Assembly: GCA_965552135.1 (NCBI GenBank)
Contig: CBEVQY010000005.1
Coordinates: 21,391 to 85,390, forward strand
DNA from: an uncultured bacterium
GTDB taxonomy: Bacteria > UBP14 > UBA6098 > B30-G16
Length of the DNA: 64,000 nucleotides
Reading direction: 5' to 3'
The position numbers were made by a program, and so were the translations under genes. This document shows positions 9,172 to 19,016 of this stretch, piece after piece (position 1 is the first letter of the stretch; each line of letters starts with the position of its first letter). The notes under the pieces were generated by a model. It made no database searches, had not been told where the DNA came from, and saw only the letters and a program-made list of their open reading frames with translations.

Positions 9172-9487
9172 GCTTGCCGCCATAGGTGACTGGAGCACCG
9201 TTTTCCCGCTGCGCGCCGTGGGGATAGAATCGCACGCCGTAGATGACCCCGCTGAGGCGCCCAAGCTTTTGCGACAACTGGCGCAAAGCAGGGAGTTCGC
9301 CGTGATCTTCATAACCGAAGGGCTGCTTGCCTACGTTGGCGACGTTATGAGGGAATTTGCCGAAAGCGACCTTCCGGCGATAATCATAATCCCCGAGGTA
9401 TCGGGCTCGCGGGGGCTCGGCGCATCGATAATCCGCGAGACCATGAAGAAGGCGGCAGGGCGCGACATAATGGCGGAGGAGGGGTGA
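9158..9487 (+). CDS. ntpF: V/A-type ATP synthase subunit F
   Basis: KLAAIGD..VIFITE..PAIIIIP..KAAGRDI. Confidence 0.88.
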   Translation: MPWSKLAAIGDWSTVFPLRAVGIESHAVDDPAEAPKLLRQLAQSREFAVIFITEGLLAYVGDVMREFAESDLPAIIIIPEVSGSRGLGASIIRETMKKAAGRDIMAEEG

Positions 9488-11292
9488 TGCTCTACCCTAC
9501 AAACGGACCCCCCACAAAAACCCTGCTGATTTGCCGGAGACTGGCTGTCGTAACACTCTTTGCGGCGATAAGCGTGCTTTCCGTCAATCGATTCCTATTC
9601 GGGGTAAGCGATAACGTCATAACGATCCCCTTCCTCAAACACACCATCGACCCAAGCCTTTACGCAAACGACTATCTGATCGAACAGAAACAGTACTACT
9701 ACACCTATCTGTGGCGCTTTTGCGCGATCTGGATCAAGGCGGGTGTTCGGATCAATGTGCTTTTCTTTGTGCTCTATTGCATCTTCATATGGCTTGAGTT
9801 TTTGGCGATGTACCTTCTGACCCAAACCCTCTTCGAGCGCGACTATGTGGCTTCGCTGGCGCTTTTCTTCCTCCTCTTCGGTCAGCTTTGCCCCGGAGGA
9901 GTGTCGACTGTGCCCGGGCTGCTTTTGACGCGAACCGTCGCAACACCGCTTGCCCTTCTTGCTGTTGCCCTGCTTGCAAAGCGAAAGTACACCGCATCCT
10001 TCGCTTTGCAGGGAGTAGCGTTCCTTGTACATCCAATGACTGTGCTTTACGTATTTCCCCCCAGCGCAGCCGTGATGGTCTTTGATCTTGCTAAGACGGA
10101 CCTACGGAAAGCCGCGGCGCCCCTGGCTGTTTTCCTCGCCCTGGCATGCCCTATAATACTTTGGAAACTTATGCGCTCCCCCCCATCGCTCCACCTCATC
10201 AAGGTGGACGACGACTGGATGCGCATTCTGCGCCTCAGATCGAGCTTCCACCTCTTCCCCTTCTCCTGGCCGCTTTGGAGACACGCAAAAGCCCTGCTTC
10301 TGCTCGCATCCCTCGCCCTGGGAGTACGGTTCGTGAAGAAGACCTTTCACCGAAGAGTAGTGATGATCTTTCTCGTCTCATCGCTGGTGCTCTGCGCAAT
10401 AGGGACCTTCTTTGCGGAGGTGGTTCCCGTCGCTTTCGTTTTGAACCTGCAGCTTTTGCGAAGCTTTGTTTTCATCGCATTCTTCGCCCTTGCCTCCTTC
10501 GCGGCGTTTTTGCTGAACGCAATCGAGCAGGGCAGGTTCTGGAGGGCTTTGCTCGCCATCCTTCTGGCTTTTATGCCGATGTACGCCGGCGTCGGCTGGA
10601 CCTATGCTTATCCGGCATTCGTTGCCTTCGGCGCGGGATTTCTGCTCTTCCGACAAGCCCTTGTGCCAAAGGCGCGTTCCGGCTCAGCCTTTGTTGCCGC
10701 GACACTGCTTTTCTCCGCAGCGATCGGAGCGGGTGCCTACTCGATGCGCGGAAAATTCAGCATCGCCTGCGCACAAGACCCCCTGTGGCTCGATGTGCAG
10801 AGGTGGGCGAGGGCAAACACCGCAAAAAGCTCCGTCTTCATCGTGCCGCCGACGATGGAGGGATTTCGCGTCGAATCAGAAAGAGCCATATACGGCGACT
10901 GGAAGGACGGAACGCTTTCCAACTTCAACCCCGACTTCGGGCGGGAGTGGCTGCGAAGGATGAAAAAGCTCGGCTTTCGCGAAAGCTTTCCCCGCGAAAG
11001 CCTTCGGGACTCTATCTCCCTGAGCTTCGAAAGGCTTGGGGACAGCGTCCTCTCTGGCATCGCGGCAGAATTTGGCGAAGACGTCGACGTGTACCTCGTC
11101 ACGACCAAAGCAGGATACGACTTCCCTCCTGTCTACAGGAATGATAAGTTTTGGGTTTACGCGATAAGAGGCGGTGCAAGCAAGAGACTGCCCGCCCGAG
11201 GATTGACGTCAAAGGTCACTGCGCACGCAAAAGCCCAAACGGCAAGGGTTATTCGTAATACTCGTCGGGCAGGTCCTCGGTGGCGATTATGA
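9484..11292 (+). CDS. Polytopic membrane protein with a soluble C-terminal domain (possible GT-C-like glycosyltransferase)
   Basis: More than 10 hydrophobic segments, DPSLYANDY loop, C-terminal W..WARANT...FR...R...DWKDG; function inferred. Confidence 0.6.
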   Translation: MMLYPTNGPPTKTLLICRRLAVVTLFAAISVLSVNRFLFGVSDNVITIPFLKHTIDPSLYANDYLIEQKQYYYTYLWRFCAIWIKAGVRINVLFFVLYCIFIWLEFLAMYLLTQTLFERDYVASLALFFLLFGQLCPGGVSTVPGLLLTRTVATPLALLAVALLAKRKYTASFALQGVAFLVHPMTVLYVFPPSAAVMVFDLAKTDLRKAAAPLAVFLALACPIILWKLMRSPPSLHLIKVDDDWMRILRLRSSFHLFPFSWPLWRHAKALLLLASLALGVRFVKKTFHRRVVMIFLVSSLVLCAIGTFFAEVVPVAFVLNLQLLRSFVFIAFFALASFAAFLLNAIEQGRFWRALLAILLAFMPMYAGVGWTYAYPAFVAFGAGFLLFRQALVPKARSGSAFVAATLLFSAAIGAGAYSMRGKFSIACAQDPLWLDVQRWARANTAKSSVFIVPPTMEGFRVESERAIYGDWKDGTLSNFNPDFGREWLRRMKKLGFRESFPRESLRDSISLSFERLGDSVLSGIAAEFGEDVDVYLVTTKAGYDFPPVYRNDKFWVYAIRGGASKRLPARGLTSKVTAHAKAQTARVIRNTRRAGPRWRL

Positions 11293-11788
11293 CGATTATA
11301 TTGTCGTCATCGTAGTGGTTTCGCCCCCGCCCGTTCGGTCCGAACGAGCCCACCGCCGCAACCCACTTGTGCTCGTCGCGGAGGTAGTAGTCGGTGTCGC
11401 AGAAGTAGTCGTTCCCCCACGGGTCTTTGGGGATGCGCGAGATGTACGGTCCAGCCCAGTCGGGGTAAGGATCGTCGGGGTCATTGCACACAAGTCCGGC
11501 TCTGCCGGAGTTCAGGTCCCAGCACTCGTTGTGAGGCCAGTAGCAGACGTATCCCGCGGGGCAATGGGCTGGCCACTCACCCGTCTCGGCACCAAGGGTC
11601 TCCACTGCCTTCGCTATCCTGTTCACCCAAAGCCTCGCCTCAGCTATCTTCGTCTTCTGCCGCACCGAAGAATACTTCTGCACAGCAAGGGCAGAAAGGA
11701 TCCCGATGATCACGATGACGACCATAAGCTCAACAAGCGTAAACCCCTTTCTGCCCACCGCAAACACAGCTACACCCCCTCGCGCCAT
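11249..11788 (-). CDS. Prepilin / type II secretion pseudopilin G-like protein
   Basis: RKG|FTLVELMVVIVIIGIL cleavage-methylation motif, WAGPYI..IPKDPWGNDY, SFGPNG; alternative GTG start at 11767. Confidence 0.85.
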   Translation of the reverse strand: MARGGVAVFAVGRKGFTLVELMVVIVIIGILSALAVQKYSSVRQKTKIAEARLWVNRIAKAVETLGAETGEWPAHCPAGYVCYWPHNECWDLNSGRAGLVCNDPDDPYPDWAGPYISRIPKDPWGNDYFCDTDYYLRDEHKWVAAVGSFGPNGRGRNHYDDDNIIVIIATEDLPDEYYE

Positions 11789-11902
11789 CTCCCACAAATA
11801 TTATAGCAACTGTCGTGCCACGATGCAAGTCAGCGTTTTTGGGGCGTGTCGTCCTTTGGCACACGGGTTTTGGCGTTGCAATTCGCAAAACGCAAAGACG
11901 GC

Positions 11903-12637
11903 TCAGCGCTGCGGGAACTCGACGACGACCCTCGTGCCGCTGCCAACGCGGCTTTGGATCTGTATCCTGCCGCCGTGAAGCTCCACGATCTTCTTCACCA
12001 CAGCCATCCCGATCCCGACGCCGCCGCGCTTGGTGGAAAAGTAGGGCTTAAAGACCTTGTCCAAAAGCTCGGGGGGAATCCCCTTGCCCTTGTCGGCGAC
12101 GCTTATGGCGACGCCTGTAGCAGTCTTCATCGTCTCCACGACTATAGCGCCGCCCTCCTGCGAAGCCTCGATGGCGTTCTGCAGGAGGTTGTGCAGAACC
12201 TGGGCGACAAGCGCCGCATCGACCTTGATGGCGGGGAGGTTATCGGCAACTCGAAGCTGGATCTCCACGTTGTCGCACCTGGCGCGCATAACGTCCACGG
12301 CGCGGCGAACGACGTCGTTTATGTCCGTGCGCCTAAAGTCCGGGCTGGGAAGACGCGAGTAGTCCAGAAAGCTTTTTAGGATTCTGTCGAGGCGAGATAG
12401 TTCCTCCTCAACGCGCGCAAGCCTTGCCGCAAACTTCTCGTCGTCGCCGATCTCCTCGCTCATAAGCTGAAGGTTCATCTTTATGGTGTTGAGGGGGTTT
12501 CGGACCTCGTGCGCAAGGGCGCGGGCAAGCTCGAGGAGATCCTCGCCGCTCTGGCGAACCACCACCCTGCGCCTGCCGAAAACGAAAAAGCCCAAAACAA
12601 AGCCCAAAACCGCCAATATGATCGCAACGAAAACCAT
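11903..12637 (-). CDS. Sensor histidine kinase, single TM, no obvious sensor domain
   Basis: LAHEVRNPL H-box, NLLQNAIEA N-box, DKGKGI, FKPYFSTK, GIGM. Confidence 0.9.
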   Translation of the reverse strand: MVFVAIILAVLGFVLGFFVFGRRRVVVRQSGEDLLELARALAHEVRNPLNTIKMNLQLMSEEIGDDEKFAARLARVEEELSRLDRILKSFLDYSRLPSPDFRRTDINDVVRRAVDVMRARCDNVEIQLRVADNLPAIKVDAALVAQVLHNLLQNAIEASQEGGAIVVETMKTATGVAISVADKGKGIPPELLDKVFKPYFSTKRGGVGIGMAVVKKIVELHGGRIQIQSRVGSGTRVVVEFPQR

Positions 12638-12639
12638 AC

Positions 12640-14250
12640 CTAAACCTTCCCCAAGATGGCGTAGGCTATGTAGGAGGTGTGGAGGTTTATCTTGTTCAGG
12701 TCGCTTAGGATGTCGATGTGGATGGTGCTTGTTTCCTCGGTTTCCTTAAGCCCCCTTCTGAGGCGCGCCAGATGGCTGCGGTAAAGCTGCCTTTGCCTTT
12801 CGACAAGGCGCTTCGTCTCCTGAATGACCATCGACGCAAGCTTCTTGTCCCTGAGGGGTATGGCGTCAAGTGCCGTCTGAAGGTTTTTCTTGACCTCGGA
12901 GTGATAGTCGAGGATCTCCCGAAAACCCTCGTCGGAGAAGTAATAACCAACCTCTATCTTCTTCTGTGCGTGGACGGCGAGGTCTTTGCTTATCACATCG
13001 CCTATGTGCTCAAGCTCAAAGGCTATATGCACAAGCGCAACTGTAAGCGATGCCGACTCCGCATCGAGCTCGTCGACGGGCATGTGGGTCAAAAACTCCG
13101 TTATCGCCTCCTGGAGCTTGTCGACCTTGTCGTCCTCGAGGACGACCTGCCTCAATAGGTTGGGGTCGTTGGAGAAGAAGACCTTCCCCCAGTCCACAAG
13201 CATCCTGAGCACCATCTCGCCCATCCGCATGATCTCCCTTGTCGCCTGTCCCATTGCGACCAGAGGGTTTGTCAGTGTGGTGTAGTCGAGGTATCTGGGG
13301 GCGAACTCATCGGGCTTTTGCGCGCGCGGTATCAGCCGCTCGAAGACCTTCGCAAAGACATCCGCAAACGGCATGAACAGGGCGGCGACAAAAACATCGA
13401 ACAGTGTGTGGGCGTTGGCTATCCTGCGGGGGATAGACCCCCCAATGGCGTCGACCACGGTCTTGTACCACGGCAGTGCGGCGAAAACCACAGCGCCCAA
13501 AAACAGCTTCATCAAAAGCTGCGCCCAAACTATGCGTTTTGCCTCGGGCTTGCCGCCCATCGAACCTATCACACCCAGCATGCACGAGCCCACGTTGGCG
13601 CCTATCACCATAGGCAGTGCGAGGGTGAGGTCGACGACGCCGCTGAAGGCGAGCGTGAGCAAAAGCCCCAAAACGGCGGTGCTGCTCTGAAATAAAGTGG
13701 CTAAAGCGAACCCCAACACAGCCACCCAAAAGGGCGCTCCGGCGAAAAACTGCGCCATCGCCGATACCGCGGGGTTGTCGTGGAAGGGCGCGATACCGTC
13801 GCGCATAACCGCCATACCCAGAAAAACAAGCCCGAACGAAAAGACAACTCGCCCGCTGTAGTGCCAAACCCTGCTTTTGACGAAAAAGAAGACGATAAAT
13901 CCCGCCGTAAGCATCACTGGCGCAAACCTGTAAATCTTGAACGCAAGAAGCTGCACGGTCAGTGTGCTTCCGATCCCGGCGCCGAGGACTATCGGTATGG
14001 CTTGAGCAAGCGTTATGAGCTGTGCGTTGGCGAAGGCAACAAGCATAAGCACAACAGCGCCGCTCGACTGCAGGGCGAAAGCCAAAAAAACTCCCAGCAA
14101 AAAACCCAAAAGAGGCTTTTTCGTAAGCTTTGCGACCAAAAAGCGCAGAGAGGAGCCCGCAAGCCTCTCGAGGTTGTGGGTGACCTGCGTGATCCCGTAG
14201 AGGAATATGCAAAGCCCGCCGAGTATTTGGAACATCTGCATGGTCGTCAT
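12640..14250 (-). CDS. Na+/phosphate cotransporter with C-terminal PhoU-like domains
   Basis: Two QSS repeats (LQSSGA, FQSSTA), GANVGS, IANAHTLF, ELEHIGD. Confidence 0.9.
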   Translation of the reverse strand: MTTMQMFQILGGLCIFLYGITQVTHNLERLAGSSLRFLVAKLTKKPLLGFLLGVFLAFALQSSGAVVLMLVAFANAQLITLAQAIPIVLGAGIGSTLTVQLLAFKIYRFAPVMLTAGFIVFFFVKSRVWHYSGRVVFSFGLVFLGMAVMRDGIAPFHDNPAVSAMAQFFAGAPFWVAVLGFALATLFQSSTAVLGLLLTLAFSGVVDLTLALPMVIGANVGSCMLGVIGSMGGKPEAKRIVWAQLLMKLFLGAVVFAALPWYKTVVDAIGGSIPRRIANAHTLFDVFVAALFMPFADVFAKVFERLIPRAQKPDEFAPRYLDYTTLTNPLVAMGQATREIMRMGEMVLRMLVDWGKVFFSNDPNLLRQVVLEDDKVDKLQEAITEFLTHMPVDELDAESASLTVALVHIAFELEHIGDVISKDLAVHAQKKIEVGYYFSDEGFREILDYHSEVKKNLQTALDAIPLRDKKLASMVIQETKRLVERQRQLYRSHLARLRRGLKETEETSTIHIDILSDLNKINLHTSYIAYAILGKV

Positions 14251-14298
14251 AAGCTGCCTCCGGGCGCGCCTTGGAGAAAGCGGGCCGGAAAAAGACGA

Positions 14299-14622
14299 CT
14301 AAATGTTGTAACCCAGCTCCCGAAGCCTCTTTTTGCCCTCTTCGGTGATCCTGTCGACCGACCAGCGCGGCTCAAACGTAAGCTCAACATCCACCTCCGA
14401 TATCCCCTCAAGCTTCTCGAGCCGCTCCTTTATCTGCCTGGTCAAAAGCTGGTGGATGGGACACCCCGGAACCGTAAGGGTCATAAGAATATGAACCCTC
14501 TCGCCCGAGATGTCTATCCCGTAGATAAACCCAAGGTCGTAGATGTTTACGGGTATCTCGGGATCGTAGATTTGCCTGAGCTCCTCAATGATTTTCTGCC
14601 TAAGCTCCTCCTGCGACGCCAT
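14299..14622 (-). CDS. Fe-S cluster assembly factor (DUF59/SufT-like)
   Basis: YDPEIPVNIYDLGFIY, MTLTVPGCP, FEPRW. Confidence 0.92.
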   Translation of the reverse strand: MASQEELRQKIIEELRQIYDPEIPVNIYDLGFIYGIDISGERVHILMTLTVPGCPIHQLLTRQIKERLEKLEGISEVDVELTFEPRWSVDRITEEGKKRLRELGYNI

Positions 14623-14623
14623 G

Positions 14624-15517
14624 CTAACCTCCGGGTTTGAAGTAAATGATAGCCACGACAGTTACGCCCCAGAGTACGAGATTTGCGAGCATAAACGGGT
14701 CGCGCAAAACGAGCCTTTCGGGCGATTCGCCCTCACCCCTTACCTCGACAAGATAAAGATATCGGAAAAGCCCGTAAATCACAAAGGGCAGCGAGAGCCA
14801 AAGGTACGGGGTTCCGAAGCGCGCTGCTGTCTGCGGATCAAAAACATAAAGCGAATACGACGTAAGCGTTGCCGCAACCTCAACGAGCAGAAGGTCGCTT
14901 AGGAAGCGGAGGTTGTAGTGCTCTATGACCTTGCGGCTTGCCTTCTCGTTGTTGTGCACGATGCGGGCAAGCTCCTGTCTCCTCTTCGCGGTCACCATAA
15001 AAAGCGCCAGAAGGCTTGTGCACAAAAGCAGCCACGACGATATCTTCACACCAAGGACGACAGCCCCAGCCGCAGCGCGCAGGAGAAAACCAGCCGCGAC
15101 AACTATTATGTCCACGATCACCACGTGCTTGAGCCAAAGCGAGTAGAAAATCTGCATGACGACGTAGGAAAGCCCGATAAATCCCAACCCCGTGTTGGTG
15201 CAGAAAGCCCAAAGTATTCCAGCGGCGACAAATGCAAGCGACGCCAGCGCAGCGACCCAAAGGGGCAGCTCTCCGGAGGGCAGCGGTCGACGCCGCTTGA
15301 CGGGATGAAGCCTGTCGGCGGGGAGGTCAACTATATCGTTTAGTATGTAAACTCCGCTCGCCAGGAGGCAAAAGACGCCGAACGCCTCTAAAGAGAGCAG
15401 CACCTTGTCGGGATTGAGGAACTCCTGCGCAAAAATCAGCCCGGCGAAAACGAAGAAGTTCTTCGTCCACTGCGCCGGGCGCATAGACCTTATTATGGCA
15501 GAGGCTATGCGCACCAA
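14624..15517 (-). CDS. UbiA-family prenyltransferase (decaprenyl-phosphate phosphoribosyltransferase-like)
   Basis: MRPAQWTKN, YILNDIVD..DRLHPVKRRRP, KRRQE; start approximate (TTG after GGAGGG). Confidence 0.88.
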   Translation of the reverse strand: MVRIASAIIRSMRPAQWTKNFFVFAGLIFAQEFLNPDKVLLSLEAFGVFCLLASGVYILNDIVDLPADRLHPVKRRRPLPSGELPLWVAALASLAFVAAGILWAFCTNTGLGFIGLSYVVMQIFYSLWLKHVVIVDIIVVAAGFLLRAAAGAVVLGVKISSWLLLCTSLLALFMVTAKRRQELARIVHNNEKASRKVIEHYNLRFLSDLLLVEVAATLTSYSLYVFDPQTAARFGTPYLWLSLPFVIYGLFRYLYLVEVRGEGESPERLVLRDPFMLANLVLWGVTVVAIIYFKPGG

Positions 15518-15518
15518 G

Positions 15519-16307
15519 CTATTTCCCTCCGTTGCGTTTGCGCGCAACGATCCCTATCGAGACGGCGGTGTAGGCGCCGAACTTCGTCCTGCGCAGGCGC
15601 TCCCTCAGCCAGCGCCTCAGGCGCCACAAAACGGGAACCTTCGGCGGGTAAAGCGGAAGATGCACACCCACCTTCCAAAGAACCTCCCGAAGAACCCGGT
15701 AGAAGAAGCTCGGGTACATCCAATCGCCGTAAAAGCTTATGGGCTCAAAGCCAAACTCCCTAAGCTTTGCCGAAAGCTCCCCCAGCGAAAACTCGGTCTC
15801 CCATCCGGCAAACCAGGCATCCAGGGCTATGAGGATGTGCTTGACCACCGTATATATGTGCCACCTCTGGGGGACATCTATCACAGCGATTCCGCCGGGC
15901 TTCAGGACCCTGTAGTTTTCCCTCACGATGCCCCACGGGTCGCGGAAGTGCTCCAAAAGCCCCTGGTGGAAGACGACGTCGAAGGAGTTGTCGGAAAAGG
16001 GCAGTGCGAAGGCATCGCCCTGGACGGGTATCACCTTGGCGTCGCCCTCGGCGTTGAGCTTTTTTATTATCTGCATCGCGGCGTCGGCGTAGTCGAGGAC
16101 GAAGACCTGCGCGCCCGCCCTGGCAAGCGTGAAGCTATCGCGACCCGTGCCAGCACCAACCTCCAGAATGCGCTTGCCCGAAAGATCAGGCATAACCTCC
16201 AAAAGTGCGGCGGGAATCCTGCCGGAGTTGTCGTATATCTGGCTCGGGTCCCTCTTACGGCTCCAAAAGCGCTCCCAGTGCGACCTTTCGCTCGTGCGCC
16301 TCGGCAA
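15519..16307 (-). CDS. Class I SAM-dependent methyltransferase
   Basis: ILEVGAGTG, LPFSDNSFDVVFHQGLLEH, RVLKPGG. Confidence 0.88.
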   Translation of the reverse strand: MPRRTSERSHWERFWSRKRDPSQIYDNSGRIPAALLEVMPDLSGKRILEVGAGTGRDSFTLARAGAQVFVLDYADAAMQIIKKLNAEGDAKVIPVQGDAFALPFSDNSFDVVFHQGLLEHFRDPWGIVRENYRVLKPGGIAVIDVPQRWHIYTVVKHILIALDAWFAGWETEFSLGELSAKLREFGFEPISFYGDWMYPSFFYRVLREVLWKVGVHLPLYPPKVPVLWRLRRWLRERLRRTKFGAYTAVSIGIVARKRNGGK

Positions 16308-16311
16308 AAGC

Positions 16312-16527
16312 TCACCTCCGCAAAAGCAGGTTCAAAACGAGCGTGAGGATTAAGGAAAGGATTATGCTCGTCGCTATGGGGAGGAATATCACAACCCCCT
16401 TCTTGCGGATGACTATGTCGCCGGGCAGGTGCCCGAGGAAAAACTTGCCACCAAGGGTAAGCACAAGCCCCAGCACAACGAAGACAACGCCCACCAAAAG
16501 GAGGATCTTTCCGAGCTCCTGCGTCAT
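16312..16527 (-). CDS. DUF2905-like small membrane protein
   Basis: LGHLPGDI..FLPIATSIILS motif, two TM helices. Confidence 0.85.
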   Translation of the reverse strand: MTQELGKILLLVGVVFVVLGLVLTLGGKFFLGHLPGDIVIRKKGVVIFLPIATSIILSLILTLVLNLLLRR

Positions 16528-17735
16528 CCCCGCCCCCTTTTTTCCTTTACAAGCTCAGCCACGCGCAGCAGAACCTCCCTTGCGACGACGCGCTTGTGGG
16601 CGCGCGGGATGTGCTCCACATCGCCTGATGGGGATATGACAAAGACCTCGTTCGTTTCGGCGGCAAAGCCGCTGCCCGCCGAGACGACGTTCGCCACAAC
16701 AAGGTCGAGACCCTTTTCAAAAAGCTTTCTGCGCGCGTTTTCGACGACGTCGTCGGTCTCGAGGGCAAAGCCAACGACTATACGCTCCCCTTTCCGCTCG
16801 GCAACACGCTTGAGTATATCGGGCGTTCGCACAAGCTCAAGCGAAAGGGTTTGTGAAGTTTTTTTGATCTTGTGTGCGCTTTGGCTTTTGGGCGCGTAGT
16901 CTGCGACGGCTGCCGCCATGATGAGCACATCGGCGTCCTCGAACTCCCTCTCCACCGCCTCAAGCATTTGCCTTGCTGTTGTCACCTCGACCGTTTTTTC
17001 GACGTTCGGTGGCGCAACCGAAAGCGGACCGTGCACAAGGGTCACCTTTGCGCCCATGCGGCGCGCCACATCGGCAAGCGCAACGCCCATCCGCCCCGTC
17101 GACGGGTTCGACAGAAAACGCACGGGATCCAAAAACTCCCTGGTGGGTCCCGCAGTTACGACGATCCTTATGCCGCGAAGGGCATCCGACTCGAAAAGCA
17201 GGCTCTCCACAAAGCTTATGATCTGCTCCTGCTCGGGGAACCTGCCCACGCCCTCCTCGCCGCAGGCAAGCGCACCCGAAGCGGGCGACATAACGTAGTA
17301 CCCAAGCTCCTCAAGGACCCTTATGTTGCGCTGCGTTGCGGGGTGTGTGAACATCTTTTCGTTCATAGCGGGCACGAAGGCAACGGGCGCCTCGGTTGCG
17401 AGCATAGCCGTCGTCAAAAACTCGTCGGCTATTCCGCACGCCGCCTTGGCGAGGACATCGGCTGTTGCGGGGGCAACGAGGAAGAGGTCTGCCCACCGCG
17501 CCCACGATATGTGCTCGCTGGCAAAGCGTTGGGGCTCGGCGAACTGATCAACCACCACGGGGGCATCAAGCGCACAGCGGAACGTTAAGGGCGAGACGAA
17601 CTTTGCGGCGTTGTGTGTCATGGCGACGCGCAGCTGTGCGCCACAGCGCAAAAGCCCCCGACCAAGCGAAACTGCCTTGTACGCCGCTATCGAACCGCAA
17701 ACGCCCAAAACTATTTTCGCTCCCGAAAGCTCCAT
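16524..17735 (-). CDS. coaBC: Phosphopantothenoylcysteine decarboxylase/synthase
   Basis: GSIAAYKA, APATAD, PAMN, LACGEEGVGR, TAGPTRE.LDPVRF.SNPSTGRMG, GFALET. Confidence 0.96.
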   Translation of the reverse strand: MELSGAKIVLGVCGSIAAYKAVSLGRGLLRCGAQLRVAMTHNAAKFVSPLTFRCALDAPVVVDQFAEPQRFASEHISWARWADLFLVAPATADVLAKAACGIADEFLTTAMLATEAPVAFVPAMNEKMFTHPATQRNIRVLEELGYYVMSPASGALACGEEGVGRFPEQEQIISFVESLLFESDALRGIRIVVTAGPTREFLDPVRFLSNPSTGRMGVALADVARRMGAKVTLVHGPLSVAPPNVEKTVEVTTARQMLEAVEREFEDADVLIMAAAVADYAPKSQSAHKIKKTSQTLSLELVRTPDILKRVAERKGERIVVGFALETDDVVENARRKLFEKGLDLVVANVVSAGSGFAAETNEVFVISPSGDVEHIPRAHKRVVAREVLLRVAELVKEKRGRG

Positions 17736-17739
17736 AACC

Positions 17740-18855
17740 CTAAAGGCGCAAGGGCATGATGACAGCTATGTACTCGAAGTCTTCGGGCTGGGGCAGAGGG
17801 GTTATAAGGCACGCCGTCGACGGCGACTTCATCGCAAACCGGACCTGCTCGGTGGGGATATGCCTTAGGATCTCAAGCAGCATCTTCGCGTTGAAGCCAA
17901 CCGACATAGGCTCGTTTTCGTAGTCGACGGCGAGGGCAACGCTGCCTTCGGTGCCGGCATCAAGATCAGAGGCGAAAAGCTCGAGCGAGCCCTCGGAGAA
18001 GGTGAACTTAACGAGGCTCGTCACGGGCGTCGTCACAACCGACATAAGCCGCACAGCCCGCACAAGCTCGTCGAGGTCGGCGACCATCACAACGTCGTTC
18101 TCCAAAGGCAAAACGCGCTCGTAGTCGGGGAACTTTTCGGCTATAAGCCTCGTTTGGAAGCGGAAGTTGTCGGTCTCGAACTGAACGCTGTCCTCACCGG
18201 GCGTTATCTTCACCGTATCGACGGCGCTTTTCGAAAGTATGCTCGAAAGCTTTGCCACAGCCCGCTCGGGGATGAGCATCTCAAGGGGGCTTTCCAAACC
18301 AAGCTCCATGGGCTTTTTGACGAGGGCGAGCATGTGACCGTCGGTGGCGACCATCCGCATCTCCTGCGGGAAAAGCTGCCACAAAAGACCGCAGAGGTTT
18401 ATCCTCGTTATCTCCGAAGAGACGGCGTAGGAGGTCATCCCGATAAAGTCGGAGAGCATCTGCTTTTCAAGCTCAAACGGCAACTGAGGCGACTTCAGAA
18501 GCTCGGTAGGTGGGAAATCCTCGGATGGCATTCCAGGGAGCCTTACCTTTCGCTTTCCCTGCGAGACCACAAGAGCATACTCCTCCAGCACGAGCTCGAC
18601 GTCGCCGTCGGCAAGCTCGCGCAAAACCTCCCCAAGCTTTTTGGCCGGAACCGCAAACGAACCGGGGATCGGAACCTCGGCGGGGATGGAGACATAAAGG
18701 CTCTGCTCCTTGTCCGTTCCGACGACGGTGAGGGTGTTGCCGCTTGCGGCAAGCAAAAGGTTCGCCAAAACAGGCTGCGTCGACCGCGCTGGAATAACCG
18801 CCGAAACCGCCGAAACCGCATCCGCAATATCTGACTTCGATACTATCGCCTTCAT
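17740..18855 (-). CDS. dnaN: DNA polymerase III beta sliding clamp
   Basis: VATDGHML, FPDYERVLP, GFNAKML, VIMPLRL C-terminus; AAGGAGG RBS. Confidence 0.95.
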   Translation of the reverse strand: MKAIVSKSDIADAVSAVSAVIPARSTQPVLANLLLAASGNTLTVVGTDKEQSLYVSIPAEVPIPGSFAVPAKKLGEVLRELADGDVELVLEEYALVVSQGKRKVRLPGMPSEDFPPTELLKSPQLPFELEKQMLSDFIGMTSYAVSSEITRINLCGLLWQLFPQEMRMVATDGHMLALVKKPMELGLESPLEMLIPERAVAKLSSILSKSAVDTVKITPGEDSVQFETDNFRFQTRLIAEKFPDYERVLPLENDVVMVADLDELVRAVRLMSVVTTPVTSLVKFTFSEGSLELFASDLDAGTEGSVALAVDYENEPMSVGFNAKMLLEILRHIPTEQVRFAMKSPSTACLITPLPQPEDFEYIAVIMPLRL

Positions 18856-18897
18856 GACCCCTCCTTGGCTTGATACACACTCTCTCAAATTTTGCTT

Positions 18898-18926
18898 AAC
18901 TTACAAAGCATTCTATATCTTGTCAA
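18898..18926 (-). promoter_or_regulatory. Putative sigma70 promoter of dnaN-coaBC
   Basis: Minus strand TTGACA, 17-nt spacer, TAAGTT. Confidence 0.55.
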
Positions 18927-19016
18927 ACGTTTCGTTGCGGGGAAGCCCGCGCCCAAGTTTCCCCTTGCAGTGCGATGGCGAAGGGCTATAGTTTAGGAAA
19001 ATCCATGTGCTGCGAT

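Noticed and set aside
18797..18820. Short tandem CCGCCGAAA repeat
   Set aside because: Encodes AVSAVS within dnaN; not a contingency locus
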